The notes under the pieces were generated by a model. The model made no database searches. It had not been told where the DNA came from and saw only the letters and a list, made by a program, of their open reading frames with translations. This document shows positions 36,426 to 49,661 of a stretch of 64,000 bases of DNA, one piece after another (positions within the stretch are counted from its first letter, which is position 1; each line of letters starts with the position of its first letter). Position numbers and translations under genes: made by a program. Source of the DNA: Mobula hypostoma (Eukaryota); assembly GCF_963921235.1 (NCBI RefSeq), contig NC_086097.1:46626001-46690000 (forward strand), in the 5' to 3' direction.

Positions 36426-38646
36426 GAAATTATAACTTTCGCTTTCTTCCCTTTCAATGTGTGATGCTACCAGTGGAGACTATTACTCTGCCTTTTAGTA
36501 TGCTTAATACAGATTGCAAGCACCATCATGAGAAATTATATCACAAGATCAAATCAACAGAAAATTCAAAACAAGGCGCAGGTAATGGACATCGGAAATA
36601 CAAACAAGTTCTGACGAAGGGTGGATTGCAAATATAACATTCTAAACTGAACACTGGATCACATCAAGGAGATTTAGTAGAAGTTATCTTCATGGCACTG
36701 CAAAATGTTATCAGACAGATGCTAACAATCAAATTACACGTGTATCAACTACATAAAAACAACTTGAACTCGATTCTATAACAAAGAATAAATAATAACT
36801 TCAATACTGAAATCAGCCTCTCGACTTACATGATGGCTGTAGCATGAAATAGAACTGTGACCCTACTCACAATGTTTTTCTTTCTCAGAGACTAGCAACT
36901 ACTTGAAGACATTGTGGAATCATTTCTACAAAAACCTTATGAGCCCTTTTAAATTTAGAATTACAATCCATTTACATTTACTAGCTCTTATGCTACTCTT
37001 TTTGCTTTTCCTTTATTCTGAGGAAAATTACCCTCAAAGTCGAGGCATTGCACTGCCGCTCTGGAGGTGGGTGTGGCAGGGCAGGGTCTCTGCCTGTCTA
37101 CTTCTCCTTTGCCTCAGTTCTAAACTGAAGAGATACAGAGCCAGGATCCTGCTGGATTACATGCCAGCAACTGGATCATCGAGGCTGCAGATTACCTTAC
37201 CATTGAGAACAGGAAGGCCATATCTGACACTATGTCTATAGATCATGCAAATTCTTTGACTGTGAGTACACAGCAGATACCTCTCAATGTGATACCAGCG
37301 CAGTGCTGAAAACTATTCAACTGCCTCCCTTTCCTATTCTTGCTCCCACCTCCGGTCTCCAACACATAATTTTTACTACGACTCTTCGTACAAAACATGT
37401 TGCCTGGACAGCTAAATTGTTAAGTAAGCAGAACAGTAATCATGGGGAAGGTGACATAACAGTTATCATGCTATACTGTAGTAAATGGCTTTGCACACTG
37501 AATGCAATTCCAAGTAATGTGGTTCAACTAAAGATTCATGCCTTTGTCACTGTCTCAAATGAACCTAAAAGTATTTAGTTTAGGCCAGATCTCAAACACC
37601 ATCAAACGATCAGACTATCATGGAATTGTCTTTTGTGCTTAACCAGAGCATCCCATTACAATTTATTTCTAACACCAATCCCTTAGCAACCAAAAATCAA
37701 TCAGACTCCTAGAAAATAATAAGTGAGTCTCCAGAGCCATTGAGTATTCCTAAGATTAATTATCATCTGGGTGAGGAAGTTTCTTCTCATCTCAGTCCTA
37801 AATGTCTAACCTGTTACTTGGTGATAGTGACTCTTGGTCCCAGATACCCCTGCTAGGTGAAGTATCATTCCTGCATTTGTATTGCAAAACCACGTAAGAA
37901 TTCTGTATTTTTCAATGGAAATCACCTGCCTTTCATCTAAACTTACTTAATGTCTAGCCATACCGCAAATCTGCCATTCCGGGAAACCACAGGCAAACTT
38001 CCAATACACTCCTATCATAAGTATCATCTTTCTTAAGGAAATTAATCTGTCCATGGGTGTCTGTATTACACAAGTAATCACATAATGACTTCATACAATT
38101 GCAGTAAGGTATACCTTTATCAAAAAATGATTTCTTCTTTAAATCAGTTAAACAAGCCCTGACAATATTAAAGCATGGTTGGGAATAACATTATTAAAGA
38201 AGAAGCTAAAAATTATGAAAATGAGTAGGAAATAAAACAGTATATATTGTACTTGGAAAAGCAATGTAAACATATTATTCAAAGAGAGATCAAAAGATCA
38301 TAAGGAGAACATCAAGCTTTTATTCCTCAGCCAAAATAGACGAGGCGTTGAATTTTAGTAGTCAGGTTGAACAGTCTCTTGGAGTTTTAATATAACTGCC
38401 TTAGCGTTTTAATGGCATCCAACAATATGTCATTGGAAACCAACTGCCAAATAAAACAATAGTTTGCATTTCTTCATGACTCCTGACACAATAGTCCAAT
38501 CTGTGTAACAACATTAAAGGTGGAAAAGGTACAATGTGAAAAGGAAGAAGCAAGTGAGAGAGGAGAGAAGAGTGAATGCTCAGAGAAAGGGGGAAGCTTT
38601 TAAGGAGATCACTAAAGTACCGGGATGAAAGAGGGAGGGAGGCAGC

Positions 38647-41600
38647 TATTATGTTTTGTAGTTCCCAAACCTGATCAAAAAAGACCCACGGGAACCAGCC
38701 AACCATGTCTACTTTGTTTAAATTGTAAATTCTCCCATTTAGGCCTGGGAGGATTTCTTACTCTTGTAGGATAACGTCTTTCCTGATGGTGGCGGTGGAG
38801 TCGCTCTACTTGACAGGTAAGACTTAGACTTACGCTTGTGAAATGATCTCAGGTTCTGGAGCCTTCTCCGTGCTGGTTGTAGAAGTTGACTCTGGGACGG
38901 CAGGAAGTGTTTCTGATTGCTGTGGCTGCCTCGCTTCTCTAACAATTGGCTCTGCTCTCCTCAGCTGATCAATGTGTCGTCTCCAGATGACATAAGGTGC
39001 AATTTCCACTCTATAGCAGAGCTGTCCAGTTCTGTTCATAATCTTTCCAAGTACCTAGTTTTGATCGCCTCTGTAGTCCCTCAGCAGGACTGCTTGTCCG
39101 GGAGTGAAACATTGAACCTCCTTGTTTGAGGAGCCCTCAGTGTGTCTCTGCTGTTTGTCCTGCATACTCCCTCTGAGACTGGGTTTGAGGAGATCCAAGC
39201 ACGAGTGCCTGGGATAATCCGGGGCACCATAGCTGGTGAGTTGTTAGTTGTGGAGTGTGCTGCATTGTAATCTGCAAGGAGGAAACTGGTGAGGTTCTGA
39301 TCCAGTGTTAGTGTGGTGTGTTCTGCTGACATTGCTCGCAGTGTATTCTTCAGACTCTGAACAAACCTTTCATCAAAGCCGGTTGTGTGTGGGAGGTACA
39401 GTGCAGACGACATATGTCTTATTGCATTCATTTTCAGGAATGATTGAAACTGTTTTGCAATGAATTTTGATCCACTGTCACTGACTAGGTGTTCTGGAAC
39501 CCCAGGCCTTGAGAAGCTTCTCAACACATCAACAGCGTGCGAGGCTGTAGTGGAGGCTATTGGGATCACTTCTGGCCACTTTGTAACTGCATCCACTACC
39601 AACAAGAAATTTGTGCCCATGAATTATTCAGAAAATTCCACATGAACCCCCTGTCAGGGCAATGCAGGCCGTTCCCAGTGATGGAGAGATGCCGCTCCTG
39701 GTATCTTCTGGATGTGTTGGCATCCCAAACAGTGCATGGAAAGCTGCTCGATCCACCGATCTATCCCAGGCCATCAGACAAAGCTTCGAGCCAACACTTC
39801 CATTTTGACCGCATGTAGATGACCAGCATGTAGCCCCTCCAACATTTTAGCTCTCAGCTTGGATGGTACAACAACTCTCAATCCCACATAAAGCAATTCC
39901 TGTCAAGGACAAATTCACCACGGCGATGGTAAAAATGGGGAACTGGAATTCCTGCTGCACATTCCAGCCTTTTTGGGTGGCCAGGTAGACCTGAGACAGT
40001 GTGAGGAGTATTTTTTGGTTTCTCTTTGGATCACCTAGGTTCAAAGATTCAAAGGTTCCTTTTATTATCAAAGTATGTACATAGAGTACAACTCTGAGAT
40101 TCGTCTTCTCCAAATAGCCATGAAATACTGAAAAAACCGTGAAAGTCATTGAAAGAAAAGTCAACCCATATGAAAAAGAAAAAGAAACAAAACTCACAAA
40201 CCCTAAACCCCCAGACCCTCCCTCGCACAAAAAGTAACAAATTGCCCACCCAGATACAGCAGCTAAAACATCAAACCCCTAACTCCCAAGCCCCTCCAAT
40301 GCAATGAAAAATCAGCGACAACATGAAAATCCCCCCAAGCCCCCTCACACACAAAAATCTAACAGATCGCTCAGACAGCAAAACTCCAACAAGAACATCA
40401 GACCTCAAATCCCCAACACCCTCCCTCACCCAAGAAAAGGAACATATACCATAATAGGGAGATTTTTGATTTGTTTTAGGGAGAATATGTCATGGGGGGG
40501 GGTTCCTCTTCTGTAAATTTTTCAGGTATTTCCTTTCCCCAGGGTAAATGGGACAATCCATTAGCATTTCCATGATTAGTTGTCCTCTGGAAACTGATCC
40601 TCTAATTGTGTCCTCCAAGAAACAGAGCCTGTCTCTGATTCGTGTTGCTGCTGTTAGTGGAACACCCTTCTGTGGACAGAAAATGGACACTCCCTTACAA
40701 ATACCAGTTGATACATTTTACACCCCAAACCCGACTCAAGGCCTCTCTGTCAATTTGTGTGTAATTTTCCTCTGTAGCAGTAAGGGAACATGATGCAAAT
40801 GCAATGGGGTGTTCACCTCCATCATGATAGCATGTGACAAGGCTGCACTTATACCATAAGACAAGGCATCACAGGCAAGCTTCAATGGACGACGAGGATC
40901 ATAATGTGTGGGTTGTTGCCATTTCCTTTGCCTTTTGGAAAGCCACCTCACACTACTTTGTCCATTGCCATTTCCTCCAGATCTGTAGTAATGAGTTCAA
41001 GGGATGGAGCTCAATGGGCTAGTTTGGCAAGAACCTGGTACAGTAATTGACAAAAAGAACAGCATCTGTAACACGTCCTTTGGCTTTGGGGCATCCACCA
41101 CTGCTTGAATTTTCCCAGCACACTTGTGTAAATGATGTGCATCAATGGCGTGACCACAGTAAGTGACGCTTAGTTTAAGGAAGGCACAGTTGTTGCATCC
41201 GGCTCTGAGCCCATTATCTTCTAATCTTTTTAAACACTGTCTTGAGCTTTTGGAGATGTTCCTTGTCATCCTCACCGGTAACAATGACATCCCTCATGTA
41301 ACACTGAGTGACTGGCCAGGTTTGCAGCTGCTGATCGATAGCTTTTTGCCAGAGTGCAGGTGCAGATGCCACTCGAAAAATAACACTATTATAGTGATAA
41401 AACCCTTTTTAGGGTTAATGGTGAGAAACACTTCAGACTTTTCTTCCATCTCCATCTGTAGATAGGCCTCAGCTAAATCCATTTTGCTGAAGTGTTTTCC
41501 TTCAGAAAGTTTTGCAGATATCCTCTATCCTGGGCAGAGTATATTGATCTACTTTCAGTACTGGGTTGATGGTGACCTTAAAATCACCTCAAATCCTGAC

Positions 41601-43565
41601 ATGCCTATCCTTCTTGACTATTGCAACCATTGGTGTAATCTGTGGGCTCCATGCAACCTTGGACTGAATTCCTTCAATTGCCATGTGATTTTACTCACAG
41701 ACAGTATAAGGAACCAGACAGGCTTTGTAAAACTTGGTCATGGCATTTTCATTTAACTCTATTTGACTCTTGATGTATTTGAGTTTTCCAATGCCATCCT
41801 TGAACCCTGCTGTGGGATCATCCATAGTTCGCTTTCAGCTGACTCTTGCAGGGGATGTGGCATGCAAATGGTGGATGGATTCTCTAACCAAGTTGTAGTT
41901 GACTCAGTCAATCATGGCCCCACAATACTGACCCTCCTGATTTAAACACATACTGTACAAGCCCATCGTGGCTTGTTGGTTGTTGTATTTCACTGTTACA
42001 TATGTCATTCCCTCAGGAGTGATCTGTTCTCCAGTATAGGTTCTTAGGTGGATATCTGCAGGTTTCGGTTCGGATTTTTTTTAATGGCATTCAAACTAAA
42101 ATAGCTGAGTCAATGTCCAATTCTATTTTAATTAATTTGCTGCTTACTTATGGTGTAAGCCATATTGCTTGTCTGTTGTTAGTTTTCATGTAGTAATCCT
42201 CAAGGCTTGTCAGTCCTGTTTCGCTCTCCTTATTATCAGATTTTTCATCAACAGCATGCAAATCAGTGCTCTTTTTGAAACTGCAACTTGACTTCTTTTA
42301 AAATCTTTTTCTCTTCCCTGTGAAGTCCACTTATTTTTGTCTGCCCAACATGCTCTTTGTATGTGTCCTACTTCATTGCATTTTCTGCAAGTTTCACATT
42401 TAAACCTGCATTAGTCTGGCATATGTGAGACCCTGTCACAACAGTAACACAAATTGTTTGGCCAGGCAGGTTTCTGTTTAGGCATTGCAATGTTGTTCAT
42501 GCTCACTTTAATTGCTGACTGCAACTCAATTGCATCTCTGGCTGCTGTTTCTACTGCTCTTTTAAATGTGAGTTGTGATTCAGTTAGGAGCTGTTTCTGA
42601 ATACTTTCTTGCAAGATTCCACAAACTAACTAATCTCTCAGTGTATCAGTAAGCCCATCATTGAACTGACAATACTCGGACAATCTCTTCAGTTCAGCCA
42701 CATTTACTGAAATCAACTTCCCTCCCATTTGATTCCACTTATGAACCCTAAAGTGTTCCACAATTAACAATAGTTTTGGTACTGAATGTTCCTGCATTAC
42801 TTTCATAATATCAGCAAAACTCATGTCAGCTGGTTTTGTTGGAGCTGTTAAATTTGTAAGCAAATGGTATGCTGTGCCAGCTAATACACTCAGCAAAACT
42901 GTCACTTTTCTCATTGGTTATTCCATTTTCTTTAAAATATTGCTTAATTCATTCAGTATACACAACTCAGTTATCTGTTGTACAATCGAACACATCTATC
43001 TTTCCAATATAGTCAGCCATTTCGCTTCTTTTTTTAATTTATTATTATTACCACCTGGTACTCATTGTTTATGAACCAGTGAATATTGTTTGTTTTCTGC
43101 CTTTTCTTTCAACTCAACCGTTTTTCTGCCCTTCTGAAGAAAAATACCTGTTGCAGTTTATTTTAACTCAAACATCTCTCTCTCTCTCTTCCCCCCCCCC
43201 CTTCCAGTGAAATAATATGCTGCACTTGAACAAGTCAGTAGTTGTCTTGGGTTCATTTTAAAACTGCCTCATCGCCGCTGTTATGTTTTGTAACTCCAGA
43301 AGATAATTGAACAAAAAACATAGGAACAGGGAAAAGGTATCCATTTCATTTTACTTTAGTGAGGTATGTACTTATGACAAGGTGGTGTAATGCCGTATGC
43401 CATTTATGCACTACTTACATACAACCTGTAATGAATTCTGTAAGCAATCAAAGAATGCTTAATTCAGCAATATATTTACAGTATTATTACCAGTAAATAA
43501 TATTACTAGGTATATTACTGAAATTATTACTAGTCAAGTATTACTGAGATATTAAATACACTACA
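38647..43565 (-). mobile_element. Gypsy family C copy 2: 5' LTR, PBS, gag-pol remnants, partial 3' LTR
   Basis: LTR 43279-43565 (TG...CA); decayed PBS 43268-43277; gag APTKPADMSF, LTFKRAVE; RT MDLAEAYLQM; RNaseH LACDA; integrase LLVVDAVTKWPEV, LVSD; LTR-end remnant 38647-38718. Confidence 0.9.
40038..40445 (-). mobile_element. Non-autonomous retroposon fragment (same tail as 2465-2766) inside Gypsy C
   Basis: gttcaaagattcaaaggttcctttattatc...tacaactctgagattcgtcttctcc; internal imperfect ccccca...ccctc repeats. Confidence 0.65.
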
Positions 43566-43929
43566 GGAGTTATGAATGATAAACCTGTAACCCTGATTCT
43601 ACGTGAGTTACAAAGATACCATGACAGCTATGACTATATCCATGTTGAGAAAACTTGAGTGGCATGGATTCAAACTCCTTTACTCTAGACATCCTCGTTT
43701 CCTGGAGGTCAAAGTTCAAAAGTTCATCCATACAGGGTCAAGACGCTGGCTGTGGAAGGGGAAGCCTTTCAGTTTTAGAACTCTTTAGCTGAATGGTTTT
43801 GATGAGAGACCCTGGACCCAAAATGCTAGAAATTTCTCTTTTCACAGAAGCTATCTAACCTGTTGAGTTACTTTCTACTAGGGAATGATATTATCTTTGT
43901 AAATTTTACACTTTAATGCAAACATCTCA

Positions 43930-44075
43930 ATTGTGTGGAATCCACGGAGTGAAAGTAACAGTCAATGTTTCAAGACAAAATGTCGTTGGTTCATTTCCAC
44001 TATAGATGCTGCCCGACCTGCATTATGGGTGTGTTGCTTCAAAGTTCCAACATCTGCAGCCTCTCCTGTCTCAAT
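43930..44075. mobile_element. Old PLE-derived fold-back remnant
   Basis: Minus arm gtgaaagtaacagtcaatgtttcaag abuts plus arm caaaatgtcg...atagatgctgcccgacctgc...ttccaacatctgcag. Confidence 0.55.
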
Positions 44076-44849
44076 TTAGTGGAAGCTACTTTCTTCAGCT
44101 GGTTACCTTTTAGAAACAAAATTGATATATTAATTATCACATATAAAGTTTCTTCACAATCTTTATATTCACAATTGTCAGATATGTTTTGCAGGAATTT
44201 TCAACCGCCTATTTTAGGAAAAAATCCTATAAACAGCAATTAAGAGAATCTAAAATGTTTCTTTTTGTGGTTGAATGAGGATTGCAGGCAGTGACAGGAG
44301 TTGACCCTGCTCCCTTTTCAGCAGTTTTATATCATCCATTGCTTTGATGTTGGACAGATGGGATCTTGATTCAGTAGTAGAGTCAAGTTACCTGACTATT
44401 TAATTGTCTTTATGGTAGACAACCCAAGAAATGTAGAACAGTCAACATAAAACAATGAAAAGGAACATTTACAAAGTGAAGGGATATCACTATTGTTTCC
44501 CACGAGTGAACTTACAGTGTAGATTCTTTCAGTGACCATAGAATCTTACTGGCATTGCAACTTTCCTCATGCAACATTACGTAATCTTGGGATAGCAGTG
44601 TCCCTACTCTGAGCATGACAGCCCAGTATGCTCCTAGTCCACATAGAATGGCATAGGATTTTGCAAGCAGTTCATTGGCCAGTCACAGAAATAATATATA
44701 TAATTTTTTTCTTTTTCTTTGGACGAACTTTAACTTCAGTATTATATTGTTTTAATGGAAGCACCAATCTACGTATAACATCATTTCATTTACCATCCTT
44801 CTCCAAAGCCTCTGTGACCGGCAGCAGTTTTTTAAAATTTGGTTTTATT

Positions 44850-45087
44850 TTGTTTAGAGATATTGCACAGTAACAAGCCCTTCCAGCCCACCAAGCCTGG
44901 GCCGCCCAGTTGCACCTGTGTGACCAATTAAGCTACTAACCCGTAAGCATTTGGAATGGGGAGGAAACTGGAGCACCTGAAGGAAGCCCATGTGATCACA
45001 GGGAGGACGTACAAATTCCTCACAGACAGCAGAGGGAATTGAACACAGTCTGTGTTACGTTACGTGTATTGCTGCACTACCGTGCCA
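44850..45087 (-). mobile_element. tRNA-derived V-SINE (HE1-like)
   Basis: Reverse strand ggcacggtagtgcagc (A-box region), gttcaattccc (B-box), tttgtacgtcctccctgtgatcacatgggcttccttcaggtgctccagtttcctccc (V-domain-like). Confidence 0.8.
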
Positions 45088-46105
45088 AGCCACCATAATC
45101 TTGGTCATTATTTTCATTTTTAATGTCGAAAAATCAAATGACCAATCTTTCTTGAAATTATTGTTTTCCATTTGTAATTATTTTAGCTGTTATGCTCTCT
45201 GATTCACACAAAATTTAATCTAATAAAGTGATTCAGAAAAGCCATTGATCTTCTTTCACTAGCTTTCATTCTCTGTATGGAAGAATAATAATCAAACTAC
45301 AACATTTATTTTTAAAGCAAAAGTAGCCTCGAGCTCATTCATAACAATTTTAGGAGGTGCAAAACTTTTGAGCTATTGAACCTAATGAATTTTAACACAG
45401 TGTGGTGATATATTGCTCCTAGCTGCTGCATTGCCAGCCAAGATTAGAAAGCAACCAATAACATTGTTTGAGCTAAAAGCACAACCTTCAACACAGACAC
45501 TTTCACAAAATAACTAATTTTGCAGCATACTTCGTTTTATGCTTCTGTCAAAACTGCAGCAAAATGGGAGACAGTAGCCTAACCTGAAAAAGGCCACTCT
45601 GAAAATCATTAAGTAATTGCATTATCAATGTGTTAATAGTGCAAGGTTTACACTATTTTATCTTACCATGTACAAAGTCAAAATCAATCATTACACAAAT
45701 AAAAGTTACATTTGGTCATACTTAATTCCCAATTGCAACGTATTGCATTTGTCTTTGTGGTTTGTTGTTTAAAATAATGTTATTAAGGTGAATTGCAGGT
45801 TAGGTTTTTGATTAAAACAATTGCCTCAGACAGAGGCTATTTTTTTGCTTTCAATTCAGGAACATGATTGAAACAGAATAATGGCTTTTCTTAACACTGA
45901 GAGGTTTTAACCAGATTATGTCAGCTAATAATCAATACAGATAAAATGAATATAAAGAAACCTTGATGTAAAGACTTCACAAGACACACAAAACACTACT
46001 GAGCTTCAATTAATATAGAATTAAAACATTTCCCAAGATTATGCAACATGATCTACTTCTTGCTTTAAAACTGGCTGTGTGCGGCCTCTTTATAAACTGA
46101 CAATC

Positions 46106-46121
46106 GCGCCACCTTGTGGCC
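46106..46121 (-). promoter_or_regulatory. Candidate CTCF binding site
   Basis: GGCCACAAGGTGGCGC vs core consensus GGCCACYAGRKGGCRC (one deviation); CpGs retained; non-repetitive context. Confidence 0.6.
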
Positions 46122-46644
46122 TGTTTTAAAGGTACACTTGCATTGTGCAGTGCTACATTTCCTGTATACCATGTGACTTCATTTCAAAAATGTAGTCAAA
46201 AGAAAATAGCGTGCAAGATGCAAGTTCTACAAGCTGCACAATTTTTCCCTCAGTTCCACCTAATGGATGATCCTTTAAATCAACCGTGGTGTCTAACGTG
46301 TCAATCATTGTGGATGTTTCCTCAGCACATTGTTGCTACAGGACCACTCAGGCTTAACTGTGCCTCTGAGGCCTGCCTCTGTAATAACTTATAGCTGACC
46401 TGCATGAGGAGGTTTCAGCCAGGTTAGATTGTCTTCCTCCCAACTCGCCACCACTCATGATCTCATCATGCTCGTCACCTGGCATAAACCTTTACCTGGC
46501 ATGCATCACCAATTGCTCAACCACCGGCTCCCACACCCTAGCTTATCAACACCCACATCCTTCCTAGCCTTTTAAAAGCCCAACCCAGTCCCAACTCCAA
46601 CCACCCGCTGGTAACCCAATTCCCATTTGCTCCAAACACACTTT

Positions 46645-47638
46645 TACTTTGCTTTATATATACACACACACACACACATAGTTACTGTAATTCACATTTT
46701 TTCTCTATTATTATGTGTTGCAGTATACTACTGCTACAAAGACAACAGATTTCATGACATACACTGGTGATATTCAACCTGATTCTGATTCTGATATAGT
46801 CCTAATCTATTCAACCTTTCCCTATAATCTCAAGTCCTGCCAACATCCTTGTAAAGTTTTTCTGCACTCTTTCAATCTTATTGACATCTTTCCTGTAGGT
46901 GGGTGACCAAAACTATACACAATACTCCAAATTAGGCCTCACTAGCATATTATAAAACTTCAACATAACATACCAACTCCCGTATTCAATACTTTGATTT
47001 ATGAAGGCCAATGTGCCAAAAGCTTTCTTTATGACCCTATCTGCCTGTGCCACCATTTTCAATGAATTATGGACCTGTTTTCTCAGTTTCCTGTGTTCTA
47101 CTGTTCTCCTCAGTGCCCTTATGATCACCTGATCTGTCATCCCTTGAACAATCTTTTATTGGCTCAGTATCCATGACACAATACGAGATTCAAGATTCAA
47201 GATTGTTGAATGTCACTTCTAGTACACAAAGGTGAAGGAGAACGAAATTATTGTTACTCCAGATCTGACGCAGCACAAAAAAACACAGTAAGGTGAAGAA
47301 CACAATAATTTAAAAAAACACAATAGATACTGTATAAATACACAAGATAACTTATATATATTGCCTTTATGTACATAAAGTGACGCTAGATAATACTAGA
47401 TCTGTAGATAAGGTGACTGGCAGGAAATTATAAAGTAGTGGTGGGGGCTATTGTGGGTGGGTTAGAGAGTGCAGGTGTTGATTAGCCTTACCGCTGTGGA
47501 AAGTAACTGTTTTCGAGTCTGGTGGTCATGGTGTGGATGATATGTAGCCTCCTTCCTGAGGAGAATGGAACGGAAGCAGGAATGGATGGGATCCTTCATA
47601 ATATTGTTGGCCTTTCTCTGGCCCCTTTATGTATATAT
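46645..47638. mobile_element. Cluster of LINE scraps: Rex1 tail with (CA)n (plus, to 46795), CR1 RT fragment (minus, 46796-47125), Rex1-type 3' end (minus, about 47186-47638)
   Basis: aacctgattctgattctga tail; LVRPNLEYCV (ORF 46913-47140); gattcaagattcaagatt reverse tail. Confidence 0.7.
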
Positions 47639-47867
47639 TGTGGTGTATTTAATATTTGAGTAATATAGTAAATACATTGTTTGATTAAGCACTCTGTTGT
47701 TTATAATAATTCATTATGGGTTAAATGTAAAAGTATGTGAATGACATATGTCATTACACCACAATGTCGTAAGTCTGCGCCTCACTAAAGTAAAATGAAG
47801 TAGACACATTTTACCAGGTTCCCATTTCTCTCTTTTGATTAATTTCTGGAGATTCACAACTTAACAG

Positions 47868-47877
47868 TGGCGACGAG
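47868..47877 (+). promoter_or_regulatory. Primer binding site TGGCGACGAG, complementary to a tRNA 3' end (matches tRNA-Ser(GCT) ...CTCGTCGCCA)
   Basis: Directly follows the LTR end CA plus one G. Confidence 0.8.
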
Positions 47878-49069
47878 TAAGTTTTAAAACGAACCTGACA
47901 TGACCTCGATAAAGGTGCAGCACCTTTATTTTTCTTCACAAGGGGAGAAAGGGAGCCATTCGAGTTTTTTTTTTAAGTGCAGAACGTGTTTCTTCTGGAA
48001 GTCATCAGAGCTGGTCAAGTTAAAAACATACAGAAAATAAACAAAATTCACAGGTTCATAAACAGTGATTACCCGGTGATAACATTAAATAAATAGAAAT
48101 GGCTGGCTACATCAGAAAGATAGACATGTTCAATTGCACCACAGATAACTGGCTGATGTATATTGAACAAATTGAGCAGTGTTTTGAAGCAAATGAAGTA
48201 GCCAAAGCCATTATGATTGCAGAATAGTTTAGGAATCAAAAGCAAGGGGATTCCATTTCAGCATACATGGCTGAATTGAAGAAATTGTCTGAGCATTATG
48301 ATGAACATAATGATGCAGTGAGAAATCGTTTAGCTTGTGGAATCTTACAAGAAAGTATTCAAAGAACAGCTCCTAACTAAAGCACAACTTCCTTGACTTT
48401 CAGGGTGCCTTCAAAGCAATCTTGTGCAGCACAGCTCAACGGTTATGACTAAATATTCCCGGTTCAGCCGAGAATCACAATTGCTTCCAAGGTCTGTACA
48501 GTTAATAAAAATGGCTGAATGCAATTGAGTAATCCATCGCTGCTTAAAACTGATAGAAACAATGCTGATTATGGTTGTACTTCTTGCCGGACTCCTCATA
48601 TGAAACGTAGCTGCAGGTCAAGGATACAAGTGTGTTTAAGAAAACAGGGTTTTCGACTCCCAGTACCAACTATCTTGCTGGCAAAAGTAGTCTGTAGTAA
48701 GTAAAATCAAAGATCTCAGATCTAGGGTGCTGTATTGCATAAGTCCTTTGTTTCACAGAATCGTGGTTAACCCCTTCTGTACCAGATGCAGTGATTCAGA
48801 TTGACGGATTCACCATGCACCGTCGGCTGTCGAGTCTCTCAAATGCAGGGCTGGAGATGTTTGCCTCATGATCAACTCTTGGTGCACAAGTCAGTGTTGT
48901 CCCAATTCTGCTCACCAGACCTGGAATACCTCACAATGAAGTGCTGTCCATTTTACTTGCCGAGAGAGATTTCTGCGATCATTTTGGTAACAGCGTACAT
49001 TCCACCACAGGCCAATGTCAAACAGACTCTAGATTATCTGAGCAATGGGATCAACATGCTTGAAACAGC

Positions 49070-49661
49070 TGTAACGCGCTGTAAGGTTTCACTGCTAATG
49101 TAATGGCCTCTCTGTAATGTTTCACTGCTGCGGTAATGGTTTCTCTGTAGCAGCAATGTTTGGGTTATGACCAGAGGTAACGTAGGCTTTGGAATATGTG
49201 CTAACCAATGAACGAAATGTTGTTCTTTCTGGTGGGTCTGGGAGCAGGGATTTTGCGGTCTTTTGCCGGGGAGAGATGAGGAGAGAAGACATGAATGGAG
49301 AGAGTTGGTAGGCTGCCGGACAGAGTGGACTTGAAGTGAGGGTCCGAGGGTCGGCTACACTCGGAGGAGGTCGATGGGGAACAAATGAACACAACCGTGA
49401 GCTCCAACGTTGCGCAGCAGACTGTTACATGAAAATGGGCCCTTTTCTTTTTTTTTGTTTCTTTACTAACCATATAGTCAAATTAAGAATTATAAAGCTC
49501 AATCATTTAATTGCATATTGTGTACTGTTTGTTATTTCGTGGTACTGATTTGTAACAGGGGACACATCGCGCAGCATCCACTCAAATGAGATTGTTTAAG
49601 TTTGGCCGGGCCGAGGGCTGTCTTCCCTTAGATTAAGCTGCTGGCCAAACGGTGAGATACA
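49070..49661 (+). mobile_element. Solo LTR, family A
   Basis: TGTAAC...GATACA; perfect CAGC TSD at 49066-49069 and 49662-49665. Confidence 0.93.

Noticed and set aside
36630..37240. Possible ancient Tx1/L1 ORF2 fragment
   Set aside because: Only faint motif echoes (HFYKNL; a PG.DG-like stretch); too decayed to support without a search
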